Shown in pieces: positions 40,346 to 54,211 of a stretch of 64,000 nt of DNA. The notes beneath the pieces were generated by a model. It had not been told where the DNA came from and made no database searches. It saw nothing but the letters and a program-made list of their open reading frames with translations. This DNA comes from Octopus sinensis (Eukaryota), in assembly GCF_006345805.1 (NCBI RefSeq), contig NW_021832439.1:53813-117812 (forward strand). Direction: 5' to 3'. Every line of letters begins with the position of its first letter. Positions within the stretch are counted from its first letter, which is position 1. Position numbers and translations under genes: made by a program.

Positions 40346-41859
40346 CAGGAAAATTATAAAACGATTAGGTTCATAATTATACAAGCGTGTGATTTTTACA
40401 TTTTATTCTAATCTCTTCATGTGAGTGTGTGTCTGTGTGTCACAATTCCTCTGTTTTCAATTAATTGAAAGCTTGCTTCCCCGACCACAGGGTTCTGGGT
40501 TCAGTCCCACCGCGTGGCACCTTGGGCAAGAGGTCTTCTACTATAGCCTCAGGCCGACCAAAGCCTTGTCAGTGGATTTGGTAGAAGGGGAAACTGAAAG
40601 AAGCCCGTCGTATGTGTGTGTGTGTGTGTGTGTCTTGGTGTTTGTGTTTTCTCTCACCAACCGGTGTTGGTTTGGTTATGTCGCTGTAACTTATGTGGTT
40701 CAGCAACAGACAGTACCAAGATTTATTTCAACTAAGCTATTCGAAGCGGTGTTACAGCATGGCCGCAGTCCAATGAATACAAGCGAAATACCTATAAATG
40801 TGTGTGTGTGTGTGTGTATAGCCTAGAGATAAAAAGAGAGGAATACAGAAAGAGATAGAGAAATAAGCAGGAGATTTCTACTTCCGGTAACTTTATGTTA
40901 TCACTAGGTCTACAAGAGTTACGCCCCCTACAACCATGTCCTTTCACTATTTCTATTTAATCTTTCCACTTTATTCCATTTACGAATTCCTTTTATATTT
41001 ATTATCTCTAATGAACTGTATTTATTGTTTCCATTTATGTATTTAATATTTCCAGATATTGTATTTAATTGGTACTACTTGAAAACAGCGGTCCCGGTGC
41101 GCGCACTCGCGTACTCGCGCATCCGCGCTAGCTAGTCGTAACTAGTCGATCCTTACTTTGTGTTTTTGTGTTTTATTTACTTTGTTTAACAAAAATTATT
41201 TATTTTGTGGAATCTTTTCGGTTTGACCGGCAGTTTTTAACAAAATTTCTAGGTAACTAAAAAAATTTTAAACTTCGTATACTGGTAGAATGGGTTTATA
41301 AAACATCATTTTCTCTTGGCTTTATTGAGAAAATTCTATGGTTTGTAAGATATTTGTTGTTTTTTTTTTCTTCAATTTCTGCAATTTCAACCAATCAATG
41401 ACGTCTATTGAGGTAAAAAACATTCTGTGTTGTATGAATATATCCCTCGTTTAAGAAACAGATTGGGTTTATATACGTTTGCGAAGGAAAAAAAAGATAC
41501 CCTTCCACCCACCCCTAATCCTAACCCTAAAACAGATTGAAATGCAATAGATCGATACTAGGGTCATAATTATGGGTGACAATTTCATATGACACCGCTA
41601 GAAAAAACTGCCGTTCAAACCGAAAAAATCCTAATATTTTCATCTATTGTGTCAGTTATTTCTTGAAATGGAAAAATAAATTCTTTGTTTCTTGTTCCCT
41701 TACAGAAAGAATAAAGAATCAGTCTCAACTATGGATTTCAAAGATTCACATCCAGTACGGGATGCCTCCAAGTTTTTGATGGCAGAAAACATATATTTTT
41801 CTTCTTACTGGTGAAGTTAATTGAGTGTTGTCCAGATAAAAAAAGACCCCCAGGAGAAA

Positions 41860-42195
41860 ATAACACACGTGGGCATGATTATAAGGTCAGAAAACAGCAT
41901 AGCTCCCATGACTTTCGGAAATATTTTTTCACACTCAGAGTTACTGAAGCATGGAACAAACTACCTGCATCAGTTGTTAGCTGCTGATGCGTTGCATCCT
42001 TTAAACCTCCATGCTTCCTGAAATTCACCAACGCTACACCTGATGTCCACCACCCCCCTTCATACGCATGCACACATGTATATCATGACTCATACCCTGT
42101 TCAGTTTCTTAACTTTTGTACATAATTCTATGTACTCTACATGACACCTTTGATGAGTTGTAGTGCACCTGAGCACTATACACAATAATTTCATT
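41860..42195 (+). pseudogene. CR1-group LINE ORF2 C-terminus and 3' UTR
   Basis: With a frameshift, reads NTRGHDYKVRKQHSSHDFRKYFF/TLRVTEAWNKLPASVV, the TRGH...FF..RV...WN.LP..VV signature. Confidence 0.8.
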
Positions 42196-43115
42196 CATCA
42201 TCGTTTAATGTCTGCTTTCCATGGGTTGGACGATTTGACTGAGGACTGGCGAACCAGATGGCTGCATCAGACTCCAATCTGATCTGGCAGAATTTCTACA
42301 GCTGGATGCCCTTCCCAATGCCAACCACTCCGAGAGTGTAGTGGGTGCTTTTATGTGCCACTGGCATGAGGGCCAGTCAGGCAGTACTGGCAATGGCCAC
42401 GCTCAAATGGTGTTTTTTATGTGCCACCTGCACAAGAGCCAGTCCAGCAGCACGGGTGACAACCTCACTCGAATGTTTTTTCACGTGTCACCAGCACAAG
42501 TGCCAGTAAAGCGACGCTGGTAACGATCACGCTCGAACGGTGCTGTTTACGTGCTGCCAGCACGGAAGCCAGTTAGCTGCTCTGGCAACGATCACGCTCG
42601 GATGGTGCTCTTAGCGCTCTACTAGCACGGATGCCAGTCATTGAATTTGATTTCAATTTCGCTTGCCTCAACAGGTTTTCATAAGCAGAGTTTAGTGTCC
42701 AATGAAGGAAAGGTACGCATAAGTGGGCTGGTTACACCCCTGGCATAGGCCACGAGGTTATGGTCTCATTTGGCTTGCTGGGTCTTCTCAAGCACAGCAT
42801 ATTTCCAAAGGTCTCGGTCACTGGTCATTGCCTCAGTGAGGTCTAATGTTCGAAGGTCATGCTCCACCACTTCATCCCAGACTCTCCATGTCAACGAAAG
42901 CCAGGTACAGGGGCTTATCTTTGGCTAGATATTTCTCCTGCAACTGTCTTACCAGAAATATAGCATCAGTGGTGCTTTTCCCTGACATGAACCCAAACTG
43001 CATCTCATCTAGACTGACTCTCTCCCTAATTAGTTGGGCTATGACCCTCTCCCTAATTAGTTGGGCTATGACCCTCTCCGTGACCTTCATTACCTGATCC
43101 AACAACTTGATACTT
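42196..43115 (-). mobile_element. Internally deleted RTE LINE (RT fragment joined to C-terminus and 3' UTR)
   Basis: IKLLDQVMKVTERVIAQLIRERV...QFGFMSGKSTTDAIFLVRQLQEKY...LYLAFVDME, then jumps to WDEVVEHDLRTL; contains a 27-bp in-frame tandem duplication. Confidence 0.9.
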
Positions 43116-43439
43116 TTGTATCCATATAGTTGCCTTATAGTACCCATAAAGTAACCATATAGTTGCCTTATAATATCCATATAGTTTCCATATGGTTGCC
43201 ATATAGTTGCAATATAGTATTGATTGACGCTTCTTTGAAGTAGGTTACCAACAGTTTCCTGCAAATCATTGTGTTTCCTGTGACCTCTTTCCTGTAAGAG
43301 AAAAGCAGTAAAATGCTGCAAGGTATTTTCTGTGGAATGGTACCCCTCTGCTACTTCCTACCTCAATGAAATATTATTGACATCCAGGAAAAGAAAAACA
43401 AAAACAGTCACTGACATAAAAAAAATAATAAAAACATGA

Positions 43440-44488
43440 AGTTATAGAAATAGCAGATAGCTTCTGTTATCTAGGTGACAAAGTTAGTAGTGGAGGTGGA
43501 TGGTCTGTGAGGGTAGCTGTGAGAATAAGATTAGGCTGGGCAAAGTTCAGAGAGGTCCTACCCCAACTGGCAACAAAGGGCCTGTTTCTCAGAGTGAAAG
43601 GCAGATTGTTTGAAGCCTATGTGCGAACAGCTATGCTACATGGCAGTGAAACATGGGCTGTGACAGCCATGGACATGCGCAGGCTTGGAAGAAATGAAGC
43701 CAGTATGCTTTGCTGGATGTGCAATGTCAGTGTGCATGTTTGACAGAGTGTAAGCATCTTGAGAGAAAAGTTGGGCATAAGAGGCATCATTTGTGGTGTG
43801 CAAGAGAAATAATTGTGCTGGTATGGTCATGTGATGCAGATGGACGAGGACGCTGTGTAAAGAAGTGCCAATCTTTAACAGTGGAGGGAACCTGTGGTAG
43901 AGGTAGACCCAGGAAGACGTGGGATCAGGTGGTGAAGCATGATCTTCTAACTGAGCCTCACAGAGGCAGTGACTAGTGACTGAGATCTTTGGTGATGTGC
44001 TGTGCTTGAGAGGACCCAGCAAGTCAAGTGAAATTTTAGTCATTGTTGATGTTGGTGTCAAATAACTGGCACTAATGCCAATGGTACATAAACAGTACCG
44101 TTCAAGCATTGTGTTTCAGAGAGGCAAAATGGCTGAGTTCCTTTTGAGCATTGGGCCTCATGGAGGCAAATTCGCTGAGTTCCTTTGTAGCGTTGGGCTT
44201 TATGGAGGCAACAACCGAGACCTTTGGCATTATGTCACGCTTGAGAAGAACCATCAAATCAAGCAAAATCGCAATCGTGGCAGATACTGGTGTCACGCAA
44301 ATGGCACCTGTGCCAGTGGCACATAAAAGCATGTGTTACATTCTCAGTTTGTTTGGCATTAGGAAGGGCATCCAGTTGCAGAAAACCATGCCAAATCAGA
44401 CTGGAGTCTAGTGTATTTTTCCTGCTTACCAGCCCTGGTCAAACCGTCCAACCCATGCCAGCATGGACAACGGACGTTAAATGATGAA

Positions 44489-44527
<39 letters not shown>
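43440..44527 (+). mobile_element. 5'-truncated RTE LINE
   Basis: DSFCYLGD...RIRLGWAKFRE...MLHGSETWAVT...GRGRPRKTW, then 3' UTR and (GAT)n tail. Confidence 0.9.
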
Positions 44528-44836
44528 ATGAACATGTACACAGACTAACAGACGTATCAAAAAAAAAAGAAAGAAGTTTTACTTTTAATGTATTTTACAG
44601 TTAATTTCTATATCAACTTCTCTATTTTTTTCTAAAAGCAAAATTAGCTCCAAGTTAAATCATTAAACGACGAAATAATTTTAAAATAAAAATTTAAGCA
44701 ATTTTCTGATTCTTGGAGAAAAGTGAGTTTTTGAGAAAAGAAATGAAAATTTCACAAAAGAGTTCTACTGAAAGCTTGGAAAGACATAAAGGCAACAACA
44801 GTTGTTTCCCTTGCATCCATAGCAATTTATCTAACA

Positions 44837-45640
44837 CTAGCAGTATCACCCGGCGTTGCTCGGGTTTGTTTCGACCCTTTAGAATTGAAATTTTTTAAAA
44901 GTAAAACTTTTGCATTATGTAGATTGTTATTCTCTTTAAGTAAAAAATTTTCTGGTTGAAATACACCGAAAAATGGCGACACAGCAGTCAAAAAAATCGT
45001 AAAAAATAGGGATTTTCATAGAAAAAAAAAGCACCTTTTTGATATAAATAATTTTTTGGGCGTTAACATGGTCCGATTTGAATTTTATCTTCCCCACGGA
45101 ATGAAGAGTAGGCCTTCTTCTATCATACTCTCAATTTTGGTCAACTTGTGCCACAGGGTGTCAGGGGAGATAGTGTTAGTTGAAGGCTACCAAACCTGCC
45201 ACACACACAGACAACTTCAGCTTTATATATACATATATACACATAATTTTATATATACATAATTTTATATATACATATATACATAATTATATATACATAA
45301 TTTTATATATGCATACTTTTGCATTATGTAGCTTGTTATTCTCTTTAAGTGAACATTTTTCTGGTTGAAATACACCGAAAAATGGCAATACAGCAGTAAA
45401 AAAAATCGTAAAAAATAGGGATTTTCATAGAAAAAAAAGCACCTTTTTTGATGTAAATAATTTTTGGTGTTAACATGGTGTGATTTGAATTTTTTCTTCT
45501 ATAGAAGGAAGAGCAAGCCTTCTTCTATCATAGTCTCAATTTTGGTCAACTTGCACCGCAGGGTCTCGGAGGAGATAGTGTTAGTTGAAGGCTACCAAAC
45601 CTGCCATACACAGACAACTTCAGCTTTATATAGAGAGAGA
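44837..45640 (-). mobile_element. Non-autonomous Helitron with partial tandem duplication
   Basis: CTAG end and hairpin at 44837-44864; body present twice (44837-45230 and 45310-45640); TC 5' end at 45640. Confidence 0.8.
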
Positions 45641-46053
45641 TTAATGTATGTCTTATTGTTTTATACCAAAGAATAAATAAAATTTCGAAGCCTCTCGTAT
45701 TGGAACATGGTGAGGCTGTTCTTCAGGCAGCAGTCGTTCTCTTGTAGTTCTATGTCGAAGCACATACCATTTTACAGTTTCCATTTTGTTCTTCCTCATG
45801 TACATCTTGTGTGCTGCATCTTGTCTTTGTGAAATTGTAAGTTTTTGAAACACGAGAAATGGTTCAATCATGAAAGGAGTTTCGTAAAAACGGATGGTAT
45901 TCCTGTGTGGTAAGAAGTTTGCCTTCCAACCACGTGGTTCTGGGTTCAATCTCACTTTGTGACACCTTGGAAAAGGGTCTTCTACTCTAATCTTGGACTG
46001 ACTAAAGCCTTGTGAGTGGATTTTGGTAGATGGAAATTGAAAGAAGCTTGTCA

Positions 46054-46086
<33 letters not shown>

Positions 46087-47795
46087 GTTTGTTCCTTCTC
46101 GAGCCACACCTGGCTCATAAGGGCCGGTTTCCTGGTTTCCTTGGCGTATAGGTTCCCCACCTGGATGGGATGCCGGTCCGTCAGAGGTGAGTTGCTAGAT
46201 GCAGGAGGAAAGAGTGAGAGAAAGTTGTGGCGAAAGAGTCAGCAGAAGTCCGCCATTACCTTCTGCCGGAGCTTAGGTGTTTTAGCTCATAAACACACAC
46301 ATCGCCCAATCTGAGATTCAAACCCGTGATCCCTCGACCGCAAGTCAGCTGCTCTAACCACTAGGCCATGTGCCTGCACATGTATATCTATCTATCTATC
46401 TATATATATATGTATACACAGACACACTCACACACATATAGCTTGTATATGTCTCACACAAAAAAAACACACACTTTACAAAATTAATTAGTCAGCTCAA
46501 ACAATATTTCTTGAGTGATTTTCTGAAGAAATCTTTCTAATCCTGAAACATTGAAATCGAAAGTAAAAACACCAACATCAACTTCTGTTATTTCTTCTGA
46601 ATTGAGCTGCTTTGGCTTCTGTCAGAAGCAACCATCATTAAATGACACCCTTGCCAGTGGCACATAGAAGCACCTTTCGAGTGGTGGGCCTCACAGAGGT
46701 AAGGACTGAAACCATTTGGCATTATGCTGTGCTTTGAGCCTCATGGAGGCAATGACCAGTTGAGCATGGCCATTGCCAGTACCGCCTGACTGGCCCTCAT
46801 GCCAGTGGCACGTAAAAAGCACCCACTACACTCTCGGAGTGGTTGGCGTTAGGAAGGGCATCCAGCTGTAGAAACTCTGCCAGATCAGACAGGAGCCTGG
46901 TGCAACCATCTGGTTCGCCAGATGGCTGCTCAGTCAAATCGTCCTCAGTAAAATCGTCCAACCACTGCTAGCATGGAAAGCGGATGTCAAACGATGATGA
47001 TGATGATGATATATATGTATGTATATACATATACACTATTTATTGAAGCTGAGAAAAGCCTTAACAGTTTGGGAGTAGTTTTCAGTCATAATAAATAGCA
47101 AATTACTCTATCTTTGATAACAAGTACTAGTTCTTTCACTTTGTTGTGCATCTATGGGCTTACTTGTGTATATAAGTATATATTTATATATGTGAAGGCA
47201 CATGGCTCAGTGGTTAGAATATTGAGCTTACGATCGTGAGGTTGTGAGTTCGAATCCCGGACAGGGCTGCGTGTTGTGTTCTTGAGCAAGACACTTTATT
47301 TCACATTGCTCCAGTTCACTCACCTGTAGAAATGAGTTGCGATGTCACAGGTGCCAAGCTGTATCGGCCCCTTTGCCTTTCCCTTGGATAACATCGATGG
47401 CATGGTGAGGGGAGGCCAGCACACATGGGTGACTGCTGGTCTTCCATAAACAACCTTGCCTAGGAGAGTAACTTTCTAGGTACAATCCCATGGTCATTCG
47501 TGACTGAAGGGGGTCTCAGAATATATATATATAAATAGAGAGAGAAAGAGAGAGGTAGCTTTCTTTTCCTGAGCCAATATGCTTACTTATTCTATAGTAT
47601 TATTAATGGTCCTAATTATGATATCAACACAAATTAATTTAACATCACTCCTTGCTTTTTCCTTCAAATACTAAAAGTTGTTTAATTCTCCATGTTTGTC
47701 TTATCCCTGATTAATTTTTTCATCTTCCATTTAGACAAATTCATATACTTCTTAAGACATCATCGCAAATATTGTGTTGTCGTTTTTAAGTGTGT

Positions 47796-48104
47796 TGTAG
47801 CCTGGCCAGATAGTCTAAGGTGTTGGTTTAAGGCAGTGGTTTTCAACCAGGGTTCCGTGGAACCTTAGGGTTCCGCCAGTACAGTGCAGGGGTTCTGCAA
47901 GAAGTTACAAAACTGCCAAAATCGGCAGTAATTTTGAAGTCTCCTGTGCAGATATGTGTGCATAAGACTATTAAATTATTGCACAGGGGTTCCTCGAGCC
48001 AGTGGAATGTTTCCTTGGGGTTCCGCTCCAGCAAAAAGTTTGAAAAGCACTGGTTTAAGGCATTAGTCTCTTCGGAGACATGGGTTCGAACTCCATTGCT
48101 GCCA
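47796..48104 (+). pseudogene. tRNA-Leu(AAG) pseudogene split by a MITE
   Basis: TGTAGCCTGGCCAGATAGTCTAAGGTGTTGGTTTAAGG | CATTAGTCTCTTCGGAGACATGGGTTCGAACTCCATTGCTGCCA aligns to metazoan tRNA-Leu(AAG) with its long variable arm; the stems carry mismatches. Confidence 0.85.
47834..48052. mobile_element. hAT (Charlie/Buster-like) MITE, 219 bp
   Basis: TIRs CAGTGGTTTTCAA / TTGAAAAGCACTG; perfect 8-bp TSD GTTTAAGG (47826-47833, 48053-48060). Confidence 0.92.
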
Positions 48105-49097
48105 AACCATAATTTTAGTTGCACTGTACAAGTTCATAATTCATTATTATTTATGCTCTCTTAAGGTGGTGAGCTGGCAGAACGGTTAGCAACTCTGGGC
48201 GAAATGCTTAGCGGCATTTCGTCCTTCTTACATTCTTCAGTTCAAATTCCGCCAAGGTTGACTTAGCTTTTCATCCTTCTTGGGGTTGATAAATTAAGTA
48301 CCAGTGCAACACTGGGGTTGATGTAATTGACTAGTTCCCCTCCCCCCAAAATTTCAGGCCTTGCGCCTCTAGTAGAAGGGATTATTCAGGCTCTTTATGA
48401 ATGTGTGTACGTATTTACTACATGTATTCTCAACCAACAGTAAAGGCACATGGCTCAGTGGGTAGGCATGTTCATATGGCAATGACTAGTGACCAAGACC
48501 TTTGGTGATATGCTCTACTTGAGAAGACCCGTCTAGCCATGTGAAATCATAATTGTGGCCCTTGTTGGTGTCACATAACTGGCACCCATGCTAGTGGCAT
48601 GCAAAAAGCACCTTTTGAGGGTTGGTCTTCATGGAGCCAATGTGGCTAAGGCCAGTGTTGCGTAATTAGTACCTGTGTCAGTGGCATGTAAAAAGCACCC
48701 TTCAAGTAGTGGGTGTCATGGAGGGAATGACAAATGACCAAGACCTGTGACAATATGCTGTGCTTGAGAAAGCAGATCCATCAAGCCGAGTGAAATCATA
48801 GATGTGGTAGACACTGGTGTCACACAATTGGCACCCTTGTCGGTGGCACGTAAAAAACACCCATTACACTCTTGGAGTGGTTGGCGTTAGGAAGGGCATC
48901 AAGCTGTAACCATGCAAAATCAGACTGGAACCTGGTGCGGCTCCTCAGTTTACCAGCCCTGGACAAATCACCCAACTCATGCCAGCATGGACAATGGATG
49001 TTAAATGATGATGATGATGATAGATATATAAGCAGAAAGATAGATAGATAAACAGACAAAAATAAACAAAGATAGACAGATAGATAGATAGAGATAG

Positions 49098-49152
<55 letters not shown>

Positions 49153-49218
49153 AAGATAGATAGATAGATAGATAGATAGGTAGGTAGGTAGATAGATAGA
49201 CAGACAGATAGATGGATG

Positions 49219-49287
<69 letters not shown>

Positions 49288-50684
49288 GTAGGTAGATAGA
49301 TAGACAGACAGATAGATGGATGGATAGACAGATAGATAAATAGATATATAGACAGTTAGATAGATAAACTGACAGATTTCTTTATTAGCCACACAAGGCC
49401 GAACACAAAGGGGACAGTACAATTTAGAACTTTTCTGTTCGAAAAACGATCAAAAGGGATAGAAAACGTTTTGGGATGTGTACACAAGGAAATAACAAAA
49501 GTATCATTTTTAACAATTAGAGTTCCTAAAAGGGGAAATAAATATAACATTGACTAGGTTTATCCATGGAAAGAAAAACCTACAAAAAAGGAACACAGTA
49601 ACCTCATCATCATCATCATCGTTTAATGTCCATTTTCCATGCTAGCACAGGTTGGACGGTTCAACCAGGGTCTGGGAAGCCAGGAGGCTGCACCAGGCTC
49701 CAGTCTGATCTGGCAGTGTTTCTACAGCTGGATGCCCTTCCTAATGCCAACCACTCCAAGAGTGTAGTGGGTGCTTTTTACATGCCACTGGCACAGGTGC
49801 CAGACGAGGCTGGTAGAGGCCATGCCACGATCGGTTGGTGCTTTTTACGTGGCACCAGTAAAGAAGCCAGTCAAGGCGGCGCTGGCATCAGCCACGTTCG
49901 GATGGGGCTTTTTACGTGCCACTGGCACAGGTATCACAACTTCAATTTCCATTTGATATTTCTGAAAAAAAATAACATGAGAGCAAAGTGCTATTTCCCT
50001 CTTTGTTTTAAAGGATCATGCTCAAGGTAGTTCCACCATTCATGTGTACCATCCTTGCCACATTTGCCCACCTTTTGTTGAACTTTTCATTAGACAAAAC
50101 TTCCCTCTCTATTCTCACCTTCCTTTTCAAGTTCTGACAGGGTAGATAGAAAGAAAGATGGACAGATAGATTGATTGTGAGCTGACCACTCAAACCCTTG
50201 AATATGTGCCTTCACTAAAGATAGAGGAGTGCTAAGATATGTAGACAATTTGTCTGCCTTTACGTTCTGAGTTCAAATTCTGCCGAGGTCAACTTTGCCT
50301 TTTATCTTTTTGGGGTCCATAAATTAAGTACCTGTTGTGTACTGAAATCGATCTAATCGACTGGCCCTCTCCCCAGAAATTTCGGGCCTTGTGCCTAAAG
50401 TAGAAAAGATATATACACAGTATGATGGGATTGTCATTATGGACAGAATGGTATTAGTCATTTGTCTGTTGAATTGGTCAAACAGCAGCAGTAGCAATCT
50501 TTGTCCTACCAACATGACTCATTAACAGCCTAGTATCACAACTAGTAAGTGAATTGTACCTAATTAAAGGAGGTGAGATTAAAAAAAGGTAATTGAGGAT
50601 CAGTTGTGGGACATACATACATCTATACATACATACATACATACAGACAGACAGACAGGCAGACAAACAGACAGACAGACAGAG

Positions 50685-50777
<93 letters not shown>

Positions 50778-51224
50778 TAGACAGACAGAGAAACAGACAT
50801 AGATAGATAGACAGATAGATAGACAGACAGATAGACAGACAGACATAGATAGATAGACAGATAGATAGACAGACAGATAGACAGACAGACATAGATAGAT
50901 AGACAGACAGAGAGACAGACATAGATAGACAGACAGATAGACAGACAGACAGAGAGACAGACAGACAGACAGATAGATAGATAGATAAATAAATAGGGAC
51001 AATCAAAAGATATTTATAAAAAGGTCCTGAAAGTTTAAAATGTTTTATAAAAGTGGAAAATATAATTGCAAATACCAAACCAAACCAAATATCTTTATAT
51101 ACACCCTCAGGATGTGTTGTCAATCCACAAATTCTAAATATTTTCTAATTAATACAAAATTAAAAAGATTAGAACATTAAAACTATTATTCTCTCCCTCT
51201 TTTTCTGTTTGTGTGTGTGCGTGT

Positions 51225-51262
<38 letters not shown>

Positions 51263-51476
51263 GTGCGCACACACACCCACACACAACGTTAAGGCAGTCA
51301 TGAGGTTTAGCGTACCACAATAACACCGCGAAACATTCCTCAATTTCTGTGAGGATCTTCCAATCAGTGTATTTATTTGTTTTCACTTTTTGAATATATT
51401 TCTGATGTAAAGATATCTTCTGCGATTACGATTCCCTTCTTTCTTGAATTTACTTTTTTGCTTACATTTGCTTAAC

Positions 51477-51725
51477 GGTACAACTTAAGAAGAATGGTCC
51501 CGGTGTGCTAGCTAGTCGTGACTTGTCGATCCTACAACGACTACCTAGCAAAGTAAATAAAACACAAAGTAAATAATTTTTTAAAACATAGTAAATAATA
51601 AAAAAAACAAACAAAGTAAATAAAACACAAAAACACAAAGTAAGGATCAACTAATCACGACTAGCTAGCGCAGATGAGCGAGTACGCGAGTGCGCGCACC
51701 GGGACCACTCTTCTCAAGTAGTACC
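51477..51725. mobile_element. GGTAC-terminal MITE with 9-bp TSD
   Basis: TSD TTGCTTAAC / TTGTTTAAC (one mismatch); long TIRs. Confidence 0.85.
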
Positions 51726-52347
51726 TTGTTTAACAAAGACTATAGCTGTTGGTAGTCGAGCATTTAGCGAAAAGAATTTCCTTCATTTGTCCAAACCTCG
51801 TCTTCTTCATATAATAATATATGATATTTAAAAAAATTCTTATTGCTAAACCATAATTATTATAGCTGCCACGAATTTACTCGCAAAATCAAATCGAAGC
51901 TACGGAAATTTACAAAAAGCATAAACGGTACGCTATTCTCCAAGACCGTTTAGTATTATAATAACTGTTATTAATATTACATACAAAGTTCATATATTAA
52001 TCGATATACAGTCTCCGTATCAAAGCGAATAAGAAAACAAAACACTATTATTAACATTATGCTTATAATATTTATAATAATTAACATTTATATTAATTAA
52101 TCGTTAAGAAATGATTAATAAATAGGAACAATAAAATATTTATAATATTTAAATTTCCGTAGCGAAAGAAATACGATATAAAGAAACATAAATAATATTG
52201 TAACAGCAACAACATTTACGAATAATATATATTTCATAGTAATTAATGTTTTCTAATTATAAATTAATTAAGGGAAAATGGGACACCATGAGGCAAGACA
52301 ATTAATGTGATAATATAACGTTAAAAATAAGCCATGCTGACGTGAGG

Positions 52348-52419
52348 TCCTCGGTAGTATAGTGGTAAGTATCCCCGCCTGTCACGCGGGAGACCGGGGT
52401 TCGATTCCCCGCCGGGGAG
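52348..52419 (+). tRNA. trnD-GTC: tRNA-Asp(GTC)
   Basis: 72-nt cloverleaf; acceptor stem TCCTCGG/CCGGGGA; anticodon arm CCCGC-CTGTCAC-GCGGG; B box GGTTCGATTCC; oligo-T terminator about 10 nt downstream. Confidence 0.97.
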
Positions 52420-53053
52420 GCTTCCATAATTTTTTTCTTTTTTTTTTCCATTTCAATGTCTTTTTTTGTTTTTTGTTTTTTGTAAAGAAACTATTTGTTG
52501 TGGTAAGAAGCTTGCTTCCCAACAACACCGTTGTTCTGGGTAGGGTCCCACTGCGCGGCAACATTGAGGGGGAAATGTCTTCTTACTACAAAGTTTTTGT
52601 GAGTGGATTTGGCAGACGGAAACTGAATGAAGCCTGTCGTATATATATATGTGTGTGTTTGTCCTCACCCCTCACCACATCAACACTTGACAACCGGTGT
52701 TGGTGTGTTTACGTCCCCGTAACTTAGCGGTCCGCCCAAACAGACCGATAGAATAAGTGCCGGGCTTAAAAAAAAAGAGAAAGTGATGGGGTCGATTCAT
52801 TCGACTAAAAATGTAAAGCGGTGCCCCAGCATGGCCGCAGTCTAATGAGTGAAACAGGTAAAAACATGCTTAAACTGGTTATACTTGTATAATACTCTTT
52901 TACTTGTTTCAGTCATTTGACTGCGGCCATGCTGGAGCACCGCCTTTAGTCGAGCAAATCAACCCCAGGACTTATTCTTTGTAAGTCCAGTACTTCGAAA
53001 AAAAAAAGCAAAACAAAAAAAACATTGAAACGAAAAAAAAAAATTATGGAAGC

Positions 53054-53125
53054 CTCCCCGGCGGGGAATCGAACCCCGGTCTCCCGCGTGACAGGCGGGG
53101 ATACTTACCACTATACTACCGAGGA
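53054..53125 (-). tRNA. trnD-GTC: tRNA-Asp(GTC), identical inverted copy
   Basis: Exact reverse complement of 52348-52419, with its own oligo-T terminator. Confidence 0.95.
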
Positions 53126-53240
53126 CCTCACGTCTGCATGGCTTATTTTTAACGTTATTCTATCAGTCTCTTTTGCCGTACCGCTAATGTTACGGAGACG
53201 TGAACACACCAGCATCGGTTGTCAAGCGATGTTGGGGGCA

Positions 53241-53306
<66 letters not shown>

Positions 53307-53981
53307 CGACAGGCTTCTTTCAGTTTCCGTCTACCAAATCCACTCACAAGGCTTTTGGTAGGCCCGAAGCTATAATGGAAGACACTTGCCCAAGGTGCCA
53401 CGCAGTGGGACTGAACCCAGAACCATGTGGTTGGTTAGCAAGCTACTTACCACACAGCTACTCCAGAAAATATTTAATATTTTTTATAAAATACAATGCT
53501 TTATAAAATCTGATCATAAAAATATTATAGTGTGATTTTTTTAAATGACAATGGTTAGGAGGGTGTCTCCCCACCCCCACGGATTAAAATAGGAAAGAGT
53601 AGGGGTTCATAGGGGAAAATATGGTTGAGAAACATTGGTTCAGATCAACAGCCAGCAACAAGGCTCACATCAGGTTAATCTGTCTGTCTGTCTCTCTGGC
53701 TATCCATCCATCCATCCATCCATTATACATTAGCGCGCTGGGCGAAATGCTTAGCGGTATTTCGTCCGTCGTTACATTCTGGGTTCAAATTCCGCCGAGG
53801 TCGACTTTGCCTTTCATCCTTTCGGGGTCGATAAATTAAGTACCAGTTACGCACTGGGGTCGATATAATCAACTTAATCCCTTTGTCTGTCCTAGTTTGT
53901 CCCCTCTGTGTTTAGCTCCTTGTGGGCAATAAAGAAATATATAAATACGTCTGTTTGTCTGACTCTCTCTCTCTCTATCTG

Positions 53982-54047
<66 letters not shown>

Positions 54048-54071
54048 ATTTATTTATCTGTCTATCTATCC

Positions 54072-54211
<140 letters not shown>

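Noticed and set aside
45680-45735. Further hammerhead-like strings (also near 21450-21495, 57190-57215 and 60890-60970)
   Set aside because: Missing stem I or II pairing or the cleavage triplet.
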